Below are positions 9,449 to 17,489 of a stretch of DNA of 42,959 nucleotides, one piece after another. Within the stretch, counting starts at the first letter, position 1, and every line of letters begins with the position of its first letter. The position numbers and the translations under genes are program-made. Under the pieces are notes generated by a model. That model had not been told where the DNA came from. It was given only the letters and a program-made list of their open reading frames with translations, and searched no databases. This stretch comes from an uncultured Gammaproteobacteria bacterium (GTDB lineage: Bacteria; Patescibacteriota; Patescibacteriia; Magasanikbacterales; GCA-002688135): positions 1,054 through 44,012 of the forward strand of contig CAZHVT010000007.1 of the NCBI GenBank assembly GCA_964536205.1, read 5' to 3'.

Positions 9449-11290
9449 ATGGCATTTAATCTTAACGCACCAAAAGCAAAAGTGAAGCAAAAGGTTTCTG
9501 CGGAAGCTAAGGAGGCGAAGTATAATCTTTCGGCTTTGCAGGAGGAGCGCGTGTATCGACGCGGTGTGGTGAGTATTCATGATGTGATTGCGCCGCAAGC
9601 GATGAAAATAGAATCATCGTATTTGCGATTGGGTGATACGTTTGTGCGTACCATGTTTGTGATGACGTATCCACGATATTTGGCTGTTGGGTGGTTTGGG
9701 CCGATTATGAACATCAACAAAACAGTTGATGTGAGTATGTTTTTTTATCCCATTCCAGCTCCGATTATTTTGAAACAGTTACAGAAAAAGGTTGGTGAGG
9801 TGCAGGCGCAGTTGATGGCAGATGCACAAAGTGGTGCGCCGCGGGATCCTTTGCGTGAGGCTGCTTTGCAAGATATTGAAAAATTGCGAGATGATCTTAC
9901 GCAGGGGATTGAGCATTTTTTTCAGTTTGCATTGTATGTGAGTTATTATGCGAAGAGTTTGAAGGAGTTGGATCAGTTGACTGATGAGTTGGAGGGAATG
10001 TTTAGTAGTAAGTTGGTGTATACGAAAAAGGTGTTTTATCAGGCAGAGGCCGGGTTTAATTCGACTGTGCCGCTTGGATTGGATGAGTTGATGATTACAT
10101 TTAATTTGTCGAGTTCACCATGTGCAACTTCATTTCCTTTCATGAGTGCGGATTTAACATCGAGTTCTGGAGTTTTGTATGGTATCAATAATCATAATAG
10201 AAGTTTAATTATTTTTGATCGATTTAGTTTGCAAAATGGGCACATGGTTGTGTTTGCGACTTCTGGTGCTGGGAAATCATTTGCGATTAAGTTAGAGATT
10301 TTACGTTTGTTGATGTTGGGATCTGAAGTAATTGTGATTGATCCTGAAATGGAATATAAAGCGGTTTCAGATGCGGTTGGTGGAACGTACATTAATATTT
10401 CGTTGTCGAGTAAAAATAAAGTTAATCCGTTTGATTTACCGCGGCCAATGGAAGGGCAGACTGAAGGTGAGGATTTGATTCGATCAGCGGTTACGATTGT
10501 GAAAGGTTTGCTGCGATTGGTTTTGGTTGAGGTTACTCCGGCTGAAGATTCATTGCTTGATCGGGCGTTGTTGGAAACATACGCAAAGAAAGATATCACG
10601 CCTGACTCTGATTTTTCTAAGGTTGAGTCTCCGATCATGGCGGATTTCTTGGATATTTTGGAGGGGATGGAGGGTACGAAAAATATTATTATTAAGTTGA
10701 AGAAATATACTGAAGGGACGTTTTCTGGTTTGTTTAACTCGCCAACAACTGTGCAGACAAATAATAATTTAGTTGTTTTTAGTGTTCGGGATTTGGAAGA
10801 TGAGTTGCGTCCGATGGCTGTGTATTTGTTGATGGCGTACATTTGGAATGTTGTGCGAAGTGAGAAGAAGCAGCGCATTTTGGTTGTTGATGAGGCGTGG
10901 TGGATTATGCAGTTTGAGGATAGTGCGAAGTTTTTGTTTGCGCTTGTGAAACGTGGTCGTAAGTATTTCTTGGGTGTGACGACGATTACGCAGGATGTGA
11001 ATGATTTTTTGCGCAGTCCGTATGGACAGGCGATTGTGAATAACTCGGCTTTGCAGTTGTTGTTGAAACAATCTCCAGCTGCGATTGATGTAATTCAAAA
11101 GACATTCTTGTTAACGGATTCTGAAAAACATTTGTTATTGGAAGCAAAGCCAGGATATGGTATCTTTTTTGCAGGATCAAAACATGCTTCGATTTACGTA
11201 GCGGCGTCATTTCAGGAAACACAATTGGTGACGACTGATCCGAAGGCATTATTGAAGCAAAGAGCTGCAAAAGAAGAGAAAGAGGCATAG
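9449..11290 (+). CDS. virB4: VirB4-like T4SS ATPase
   Basis: Walker A ATSGAGKS, VIDPEMEY, VNPFD, Walker B ILVVDEAW, RGRKY, ITQDVNDF. Confidence 0.92.
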   Translation: MAFNLNAPKAKVKQKVSAEAKEAKYNLSALQEERVYRRGVVSIHDVIAPQAMKIESSYLRLGDTFVRTMFVMTYPRYLAVGWFGPIMNINKTVDVSMFFYPIPAPIILKQLQKKVGEVQAQLMADAQSGAPRDPLREAALQDIEKLRDDLTQGIEHFFQFALYVSYYAKSLKELDQLTDELEGMFSSKLVYTKKVFYQAEAGFNSTVPLGLDELMITFNLSSSPCATSFPFMSADLTSSSGVLYGINNHNRSLIIFDRFSLQNGHMVVFATSGAGKSFAIKLEILRLLMLGSEVIVIDPEMEYKAVSDAVGGTYINISLSSKNKVNPFDLPRPMEGQTEGEDLIRSAVTIVKGLLRLVLVEVTPAEDSLLDRALLETYAKKDITPDSDFSKVESPIMADFLDILEGMEGTKNIIIKLKKYTEGTFSGLFNSPTTVQTNNNLVVFSVRDLEDELRPMAVYLLMAYIWNVVRSEKKQRILVVDEAWWIMQFEDSAKFLFALVKRGRKYFLGVTTITQDVNDFLRSPYGQAIVNNSALQLLLKQSPAAIDVIQKTFLLTDSEKHLLLEAKPGYGIFFAGSKHASIYVAASFQETQLVTTDPKALLKQRAAKEEKEA

Positions 11291-11300
11291 ATTTAATTAT

Positions 11301-11409
11301 CAATGACCAAATGACAATTTACAAACAAATTCTAAACTCTAAAAACAAGGCGTTTGAGATTTGAAAATTAGTATTTGAGTTTTGTTTGAAAATTGTTATT
11401 TGGTGATTG
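11301..11409. repeat. Palindromic AT-rich repeat element, copy 1
   Basis: CAATGACCAAATGACAATTTACAAACAAA ... TTTGTTTGAAAATTGTTATTTGGTGATTG; first 36 nt match 28914-28949 at 34/36. Confidence 0.8.
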
Positions 11410-11434
11410 GAATTTCTAAACTTTGTTTAGTATT

Positions 11435-12028
11435 ATGTTTGTACACAAAAAACTTCCTCTTGTTATAGGAGTATTAGTTCTCGTCATTGCTGTTTTGGTT
11501 GCAGTATTTTATTTTGGCTCGAAGGATCGCTCGGACGATTTTGAGGAATTTCCAGAAGTTGAGGATGTAGAAGTTTCAGTTGAGGATACGGTTGTGCCGG
11601 AAGAAGTTCCTGCGCTTGAGAATGAGTCTGAAGAGGAAATTGTGATTGATGATCCGGAAGGTGAGCAGATCAAACAGATTGCGCGTGTGTTTGTGGAGTT
11701 GTGGGGAAGTTATTCGTTGGATAATGATTTTGAAAATTTTGATGATGCTGCGCATTTTGGAACTCTTGAGGTGTTTGATTATTTGAATGGTTTGAAATTG
11801 GAATTACAATCAGATAACGATAAGCCTCATCAAATTGTTTCATCTGCTATGTCTGCAAAATTTGTTGAACGAGATGTTAGTTATGCAGAGTTAGAGGTTT
11901 TGGCAGTGCGTGTTGAGCGAAATGATGGAGTTGAGAGGGAGTATCGACAGCGGGCATTTATTGAGATGACAGAGTTTGAGAGTGGATGGTTGGTGAGTCG
12001 TGCGACATGGTCAGATAAAACTTTTTAA
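11435..12028 (+). CDS. Bitopic membrane protein, possibly VirB8/TcpC-like (NTF2 fold)
   Basis: N-terminal TM, acidic linker, ARVFVELWGSYS, C-terminal GWLV; directly after virB4. The fold is inferred. Confidence 0.65.
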   Translation: MFVHKKLPLVIGVLVLVIAVLVAVFYFGSKDRSDDFEEFPEVEDVEVSVEDTVVPEEVPALENESEEEIVIDDPEGEQIKQIARVFVELWGSYSLDNDFENFDDAAHFGTLEVFDYLNGLKLELQSDNDKPHQIVSSAMSAKFVERDVSYAELEVLAVRVERNDGVEREYRQRAFIEMTEFESGWLVSRATWSDKTF

Positions 12029-12693
12029 TGATTGATGTAATTTTGGATCGAATACTTCCGCAGTTTTGTTCTGTGTGTGGTGATGAGGGTTTTGTTTTGT
12101 GTGAAAAATGTATTGACACCATTGATGTAAGTGGTGTTTTTTTGTGTCCGGATTGTGATCGACCGTCGCCTGGGGGCGATGTGCATGCAGGGTGTGAGTC
12201 GAGTTTGGATAATGTTGTTGCAGTTGTCAGTTATGCAAAGCCTGTTGCCCAGCACATGGTTCGGTTGTGTAAATATCAATATATTGAGTTGATGGGTGAG
12301 AAGATGGGAAAGATGTGTGAATCGATTGTGCGATTTGTTCCGGATGTTTCTGATGAGGTTGTGGTGGTGCCTGTTCCGTTGCATAAGAAAAGATTTGCAT
12401 CACGTGGGTTTAATCAGGCAGAATTGATGGGGAACATTGTTGCGGATATGTTGGGGGTAACGTGTGAACAATTATTGGTTCGGTCTCGTGCGACTGCACG
12501 GCAGGTTGATATGGTGGGGGAGGCTCGTCGTGAGAATGTCGTGGATGCATTTTCAGTAATAAAAAAACCGCCCCGTAGGGTGGTGTTGGTGGATGATGTT
12601 GCTACGAGTTGTGCGACACTTTCTTCTTGTGCGGACGTGTTGAGGGCGGCCGGGTGTGATTATGTGTCGGCGGTTGTGTTTGCGCGGGGTTGA
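12028..12693 (+). CDS. comF: ComF-family double zinc-ribbon / phosphoribosyltransferase-like competence protein
   Basis: CxxC..CxxC..CxxC, VPVPLH..RGFNQAE, VLVDDV motifs. Confidence 0.9.
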   Translation: MIDVILDRILPQFCSVCGDEGFVLCEKCIDTIDVSGVFLCPDCDRPSPGGDVHAGCESSLDNVVAVVSYAKPVAQHMVRLCKYQYIELMGEKMGKMCESIVRFVPDVSDEVVVVPVPLHKKRFASRGFNQAELMGNIVADMLGVTCEQLLVRSRATARQVDMVGEARRENVVDAFSVIKKPPRRVVLVDDVATSCATLSSCADVLRAAGCDYVSAVVFARG

Positions 12694-12941
12694 TTGTTCT
12701 TTGATATTCTTTTGATGTATCGTTGTGCGACGAGTGATATAATTCCGAGGAAGGTGCAAGTCATCACGATTATTATTCCAGAGAGGATCATTGTTTTTGC
12801 TTGAGAAAAAATGATCAGTAGGCCGCCTAGGAGTAAGCCACAACATACAAGTATGTACACGGCTTTATAGCGGTATTTACTGAATATTATATTTCCTATG
12901 ATTCCGCCGAGAAGCGATGCTATTACTAGGTTCCATTCCAC
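12660..12941 (-). CDS. Small 3-TM membrane protein (about 93 aa), unknown function
   Basis: GTG start with AAGGAG SD; three hydrophobic segments; the longer ORF call to 13070 overlaps a tRNA. Confidence 0.55.
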   Translation of the reverse strand: MEWNLVIASLLGGIIGNIIFSKYRYKAVYILVCCGLLLGGLLIIFSQAKTMILSGIIIVMTCTFLGIISLVAQRYIKRISKNNQPRANTTADT

Positions 12942-13012
12942 TTGAATGATCTCCTTGTGTTCTACTGACTGAATACAAAATATCCAATCAGAAGGACACA
13001 AGTCCTTCGGTA

Positions 13013-13084
13013 TGCCCCCACCAAGAATCGAACTTAGATCAATGGCTCCGCAAGCCACCGTTTTATCCATTAAACTACAGGGGC
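13013..13084 (-). tRNA. tRNA-Arg (anticodon GCG), CCA not encoded
   Basis: GCCCCTG-TA-GTTT..AAAC-GTGGC TT GCG GA GCCAT-..CTAAG TTCGATT CTTGG-TGGGGGC-A cloverleaf. Confidence 0.93.
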
Positions 13085-13105
13085 GTATTTAGTTTTGATT
13101 TATAA

Positions 13106-13334
13106 CACCAAGAATCGAACGAGGAACCCAATTGCGAATATCTTACTTACATCTGCAGCGCCTGTTTTGGTTAAAATAATTTTATAGCTTCTCAACGATA
13201 CGATTGTATCGCTTCGTCGCCAGTAAAATGATTTTATCTCAAAACATGCACTACATCTGCAAGCAACATATTAGCAACTGGATTCCAGATCAATGGCTCC
13301 GCAAGCCGCCGTTTTATCCATTAAACTACAGGGG
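13106..13334 (-). pseudogene. Interrupted second copy of tRNA-Arg(GCG)
   Basis: 13287-13334 matches the tRNA 5' part (1 mismatch) and 13106-13120 matches the T-loop part; 166 nt separate them; the 3' acceptor strand is missing. Confidence 0.85.
13123..13286 (-). repeat. 164-nt rod-like hairpin inserted in the T-stem of the tRNA copy
   Basis: Minus-strand GGAATCCAGTTGC pairs with GCAATTGGGTTCC; further stems lead to a GATAC-AATC-GTATC apex. Confidence 0.85.
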
Positions 13335-13387
13335 TTAGGGCAAATTAAAGATTGCAGGAATCTTTCGATTTTTTGTTTTCTTGTTTT

Positions 13388-13879
13388 TTAGATTTTTAGG
13401 ATCCTTGCGATCTGTTCTGACATTGGTTCGTCGTCGCGTTCGAGATCTTCTAGGACGACACGTCGTAACCAGCGACGTAATTCGATAGGATCGACATCGC
13501 CCATAGGAATTCCATAGTGCGAACGGATGATACCATCAGTTGAGAGGTATAATATTTTTACTTCAGGTGGTTCGTATGCCAGCCAGAATCCTGTGAATTT
13601 TGAGTATGGATAAAATTGTTTATCCATATATACACCAGCATCAGTGATGACGCATGTATGATCGACAGGTTCGCGGAGATCGTGAACGAAGATAACAAAT
13701 GCGAATAAAACAAGCAAGAGTGCAAACAAGAAGTTTGCTGTTGAGAGAGCATACATGATGAGCAGTGCAGTTACGATGAGTGCTCCGATATACCACATTG
13801 TTCCCCGACGATGTTTTTCAAATGACGGGTATGTGAACTCGAACAATTTGTTTTTGATTGTTGATGGTGCTTCCTCCAT
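13388..13879 (-). CDS. Conserved-looking two-TM membrane protein, unknown function
   Basis: 163-aa ORF with a TM hairpin followed by a small soluble domain (ITDAGVYMD..FYPYSKF). Confidence 0.75.
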   Translation of the reverse strand: MEEAPSTIKNKLFEFTYPSFEKHRRGTMWYIGALIVTALLIMYALSTANFLFALLLVLFAFVIFVHDLREPVDHTCVITDAGVYMDKQFYPYSKFTGFWLAYEPPEVKILYLSTDGIIRSHYGIPMGDVDPIELRRWLRRVVLEDLERDDEPMSEQIARILKI

Positions 13880-13881
13880 AT

Positions 13882-14133
13882 TTATTTTTTTGAAAATCGA
13901 ATAATTTGTTTTAATGACGATTTCCCTTTTTGCGTTTTGAAGTATCTTTTTCTGCGTTCGGCATCTCGTCTGTTCTTGAAAGCCTCATAGAAAATTAATT
14001 CTAACGGTCTACGATGCTTGGTTGATATCACTTCTCCACGCTCGTGTTGTGCGTATCTAACTTTTAAGTTGTTTGTGTAGCCGATGTATAGTTTTTCATC
14101 GTACTTGCTTTGTAGGATGTATGTGTAATACAT
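13882..14133 (-). CDS. Short stand-alone GIY-YIG nuclease family protein
   Basis: YYTYILQS..LYIGYTNNLKVR..QH..G..STK.RRP.ELIFYE. Confidence 0.9.
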   Translation of the reverse strand: MYYTYILQSKYDEKLYIGYTNNLKVRYAQHERGEVISTKHRRPLELIFYEAFKNRRDAERRKRYFKTQKGKSSLKQIIRFSKK

Positions 14134-14142
14134 AAGATGACG

Positions 14143-14196
14143 GCCATGAACCACAAGGGTTCACGGCTCGCCATGCACCCTACGTGGTGCATGGCG
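14143..14196. repeat. Two tandem REP-like palindromes between tRNA-Ser and the GIY-YIG gene
   Basis: GCCATGAACC-ACAAG-GGTTCACGGC and CGCCATGCACC-CTACGT-GGTGCATGGCG. Confidence 0.75.
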
Positions 14197-14279
14197 GAGA
14201 GGACTGGATTCGAACCAGCGAGACCCCGGAGGGTCACAGATTAGCAATCTGTTGCCTTCAGCCGCTCGGCCACCTCTCC
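14192..14279 (-). tRNA. tRNA-Ser (anticodon GCT), long variable arm, CCA encoded
   Basis: GGAGAGG..ACAGA TT GCT AA TCTGT..GCTGG TTCGAAT CCAGT CCTCTCC GCCA. Confidence 0.95.
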
Positions 14280-14285
14280 ATGCAT

Positions 14286-14410
14286 TAAAATTCGTGAAAT
14301 GGGCGGACTGCACTGATCTTCACAAAATCCTTACTCGATGTACCTCTCAGTACACCTTGCTTCGGATTTTGCTCCAGATCAGTACATTCCATCCCATTTG
14401 ACGAATTTTA
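14286..14410 (-). repeat. 125-nt rod-like hairpin in the tRNA-Ser leader
   Basis: TAAAATTCGT..AAATGGG..ACTGATCT..CAAAATCC..TGTAC with mirrored arms. Confidence 0.85.
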
Positions 14411-14483
14411 TCTCGTTGTAATATGTGCGTGGTATCATCTCATCCCATTTGGCGCGATCTCCAAGTGCGTTGAATCTGTCTAA

Positions 14484-14512
14484 AGTATACGAAAATGCAG
14501 GTTTTGAGTCAA
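14484..14512 (-). promoter_or_regulatory. Sigma70-like promoter of the tRNA-Ser transcript
   Basis: TTGACT-17 bp-TATACT on the minus strand. Confidence 0.7.
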
Positions 14513-14530
14513 TGTGATACAGTAAGATCT

Positions 14531-16609
14531 ATGTCATGTGATGAATCGGTTACAATATTGTCTGGTTTGGCGAAGAAGCTGGGTGGGAAATTTAAGAAGC
14601 TGTCTGTTGAGACGGTGGGTGATTTGTTGCATTATTATCCTGTTGATTATCAGGATCGTCGGGCGGTTACTCCGATTGATAAGGTTCAGGCTGGGGATGT
14701 GGTGACGATTAAGGCGCGGATTGAATTGTTGCAAGCGAAGCGGAGTTTTCGTCGGAAGACGACAGTAACCGAAGCATTAGTGAATGATAATTCTGGGACG
14801 ATGCGGATTGTGTGGTTTGGTAATCGATTTATTCAAAAAGCTCTGAAACCTGGTGATCAGGTTTATTTTTCTGGGAAGGTTCATGAGGATCAGTTTGGTT
14901 TGCAGCTGCGCTCGCCCGAGCATGAAAAAGTGAAGGAACAATCCTTGCATGCAAATAGTATTGTGGCGCGTTATGCATTAACGAAAGGCTTGACGCATAA
15001 GCAGATGCGTTTTTTTGTTTCTAAGGCGCAGGCGAAATGTCAGATTGTTGAGTGGCTGCCGGAATTGTTGCGAAGTCGTGCTGGTTTGATGCGAATTGAT
15101 GAGGCGTTGCGAGCGATTCACGCGCCGAAAAGTTGGAAGCATTTGCGGATGGCGCAGAAGCGCTTGAAGTTTGATGAATTGTTTTTGTTGCAGTTGAGAA
15201 GTTTGTTGACGCGGGAGGAATTGTTGGCGTTTTCTTCTCCGTCGTTTGATGTTGATGAGAAATTGTTGCAGCATTTTGTTGGAGGATTGCCGTATCAATT
15301 AACAGATGATCAGAAGAAATCTGCATGGGCGATGTTATTGGATTTGAAAAAGGGACATCCGATGAATCGATTGTTGCAGGGGGATGTTGGTTCTGGGAAA
15401 ACCGTTGTTGCGGCAATGTTGATGTATCATGTTGCGTTGCAAAATTCCGTGAGTATTTTGATGGCGCCGACAGAGATTTTGGCGCGACAGCATTTTGAAA
15501 CGTTGAGTGAGTTATTTAAAGATATGACGGTGGGGATTGGATTGTATACGAGAAGTTTTCGTCGCATACATGGATCTGAAGATGCATTAACAAAAAAACA
15601 GTTTGGGAATTTGCTTGAGCATGGAGGATTGAAGATTTTGATTGGAACACATGCGTTATTGCATGATCCTTTGAAGATTGATGATTTGGGATTGGTGATT
15701 GTTGATGAGCAGCATCGGTTTGGAGTGAAGCAAAGACGAGCGATTAAAGATCGAATGAAGGGTGATATGATGCCACATTTTTTATCTATGACTGCGACGC
15801 CGATTCCGCGATCTGCGAGTTTGGTATTGTATGGTGAGTTGGATGTTTCGGTGATTCGGGAAAAACCAAAAGGAAGAAAGCCGATTCAAACAAAGATTGT
15901 GAGCAATGATGATCGAGAAAAGACATACAAGTTTATCAAAAATCATTTGGATCGTGATCGACAATGTTTTGTGGTGTGTCCGATGATTGACCCTGAACCA
16001 CATGGGTATCAGGGCGAGGGAGATGTAGCGAGTGTGCAGAGTGTTTTTGATAGGTTATCTTCTGGGCCATTTGCAAATTACAAAGTTGAGATGCTGACAG
16101 GAAAAATGAAATCGAAAGAGAAGGAGGAGATTATGGGAAGGATGGCGGTGGGGGAAATTGATGTGTTGGTGGCGACGAGTGTGATTGAGGTTGGTGTTGA
16201 TGTGCCGGGTGCGACAGTGATGATGATTGAGGGTGCAGAACGATTTGGACTGGCGCAGCTTCATCAATTTCGTGGGAGGATTGGAAGGTCTTCACATCAA
16301 TCTTTTTGCTTTTTATTTACGACAAAAGAATCGGATGAATCGAATTACCGGTTGAGAATTTTTGAAAAACATGATGACGGATTTATTTTGGCACAACATG
16401 ATTTGAAAATGCGTGGACCAGGAGATATGTATGGAACGGTGCAATCTGGATTTCCGGATTTGAAATTAGCCAGTTTGAAAGATGTAGAATTAATTGAACT
16501 CGCGCAAAACTCTGCAAAAAAATTATTTGAATCTGATCCCAACAAAATGCGCTATCCAGAAATTTGGGCAAAGCTGGATGTGCTTCGACAAAAAGTTCAT
16601 ATGGAATAA
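14531..16609 (+). CDS. recG: ATP-dependent DNA helicase RecG
   Basis: OB wedge domain, QGDVGSGKT, DEQHRFGV, MTATPIPR, RFGLAQLHQFRGRIGR, DLKMRGPG. Confidence 0.97.
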   Translation: MSCDESVTILSGLAKKLGGKFKKLSVETVGDLLHYYPVDYQDRRAVTPIDKVQAGDVVTIKARIELLQAKRSFRRKTTVTEALVNDNSGTMRIVWFGNRFIQKALKPGDQVYFSGKVHEDQFGLQLRSPEHEKVKEQSLHANSIVARYALTKGLTHKQMRFFVSKAQAKCQIVEWLPELLRSRAGLMRIDEALRAIHAPKSWKHLRMAQKRLKFDELFLLQLRSLLTREELLAFSSPSFDVDEKLLQHFVGGLPYQLTDDQKKSAWAMLLDLKKGHPMNRLLQGDVGSGKTVVAAMLMYHVALQNSVSILMAPTEILARQHFETLSELFKDMTVGIGLYTRSFRRIHGSEDALTKKQFGNLLEHGGLKILIGTHALLHDPLKIDDLGLVIVDEQHRFGVKQRRAIKDRMKGDMMPHFLSMTATPIPRSASLVLYGELDVSVIREKPKGRKPIQTKIVSNDDREKTYKFIKNHLDRDRQCFVVCPMIDPEPHGYQGEGDVASVQSVFDRLSSGPFANYKVEMLTGKMKSKEKEEIMGRMAVGEIDVLVATSVIEVGVDVPGATVMMIEGAERFGLAQLHQFRGRIGRSSHQSFCFLFTTKESDESNYRLRIFEKHDDGFILAQHDLKMRGPGDMYGTVQSGFPDLKLASLKDVELIELAQNSAKKLFESDPNKMRYPEIWAKLDVLRQKVHME

Positions 16610-16634
16610 AAAACACCCAAAGGGTGTTAGGGTG

Positions 16635-16955
16635 CTAGGGGGTTTCTTTGTTTCGGCGCCTGATGCTGATGAAAGCATGGATCATCGGTTCAAAGAATAC
16701 GCGCAGGAGATGATTGATGCCACACATGAGTGTGACTATCATGAGGCTCATGGTGAGCATTTCGGGATGTGCTTGTTCGGCGGGATTTGCTCGTATCACG
16801 AATATTGTCGCGAAGATGTAGAAGAAAAGTGCTAGCCAACCGTAGAATTGTGGTCGCCATGCATCTTCCAGCTTTTTTTCTGTGATGATGGTGACGAATC
16901 TGACGCAGATTACTGTTGCAATCCACGCGATGAACATGAAGGTGTGTTGTTCCAT
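16635..16955 (-). CDS. Small 3-TM membrane protein (106 aa), unknown function
   Basis: GAGGT SD; three hydrophobic segments; own promoter upstream. Confidence 0.65.
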   Translation of the reverse strand: MEQHTFMFIAWIATVICVRFVTIITEKKLEDAWRPQFYGWLALFFYIFATIFVIRANPAEQAHPEMLTMSLMIVTLMCGINHLLRVFFEPMIHAFISIRRRNKETP

Positions 16956-16984
16956 GAAGTACCTCGCCTGAATGATCTGAAGGG

Positions 16985-17013
16985 ATACTAATTGTTTTAG
17001 GGCTGTTTGTCAA
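16985..17013 (-). promoter_or_regulatory. Sigma70-like promoter for 16635-16955
   Basis: TTGACA-17 bp-TAGTAT. Confidence 0.65.
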
Positions 17014-17045
17014 CCTTTCTGGGTTAATTTTTTGATAAGGGGTTC
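17010..17045 (-). pseudogene. Diverged remnant of the radA 3' end
   Basis: Encodes EPLIKKLTQKG* versus the radA end ESLVQKLTQKS* (17486-17521); 25/36 nt identical. Confidence 0.65.
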
Positions 17046-17056
17046 GTTCGACCACT

Positions 17057-17302
17057 TTACTCGCTATACAGAAATTTGGGGAAAGTTGGATGTGCTTCGA
17101 CAAAAAGTTCATATGGAGTAAAAAAAGAGCTGATGCGTGACAGGCAAAAGCTCGTGCTCATGTGACTCCAGCTTATCCTTGATGGGTATTCGCCCTGAAT
17201 ATCTTTTTCGTGGCTCAGCACCACGATGTACCTTGGGCACACTTGCAACATGTGCACTGTACTCTGATATTCATTCAGGCATGCGGTGCTGCACCATCGC
17301 AT
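17057..17302 (-). CDS. Possible small or degraded ORF behind a structured leader
   Basis: AAGGAG immediately upstream and a consensus-like promoter, but no recognisable protein features. Confidence 0.25.
   Translation of the reverse strand: MRWCSTACLNEYQSTVHMLQVCPRYIVVLSHEKDIQGEYPSRISWSHMSTSFCLSRISSFFTPYELFVEAHPTFPKFLYSE
17062..17121 (+). pseudogene. Duplicated recG 3' end
   Basis: 56/60 nt identical to 16550-16609, including the TAA stop. Confidence 0.9.
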
Positions 17303-17460
17303 GCGTCTCCTTAGTCTCTTTGACGGGCACTGTGCTGTTTAATTCACAGTCATTACTGGAGGAGTTGGTGATGTCTTGTTCAGTTTACTCCGCAAGTGTG
17401 GTATTTCTATCCCATCCACACTCGGAGCGCCGTAGCGCTAAATTCACATAGAGCTGTCAT

Positions 17461-17489
17461 ATCATAACCTGCGTTTGGCATTTTGTCAA
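17461..17489 (-). promoter_or_regulatory. Sigma70-like promoter overlapping the radA stop codon
   Basis: TTGACA-17 bp-TATGAT. Confidence 0.7.

Noticed and set aside
3444-12028. Integrative conjugative element
   Set aside because: No integrase, relaxase or att pair bounds the cluster; composition and context match the chromosome.
12942-13070. N-terminal extension of ORF 12660-13070
   Set aside because: It overlaps tRNA-Arg; GTG 12941 with an SD is the better start.
13121-13286. tRNA intron (group I or BHB type)
   Set aside because: It lies in the T-stem rather than the anticodon loop, is a simple rod without a group I core, and the host copy lacks a 3' acceptor strand.
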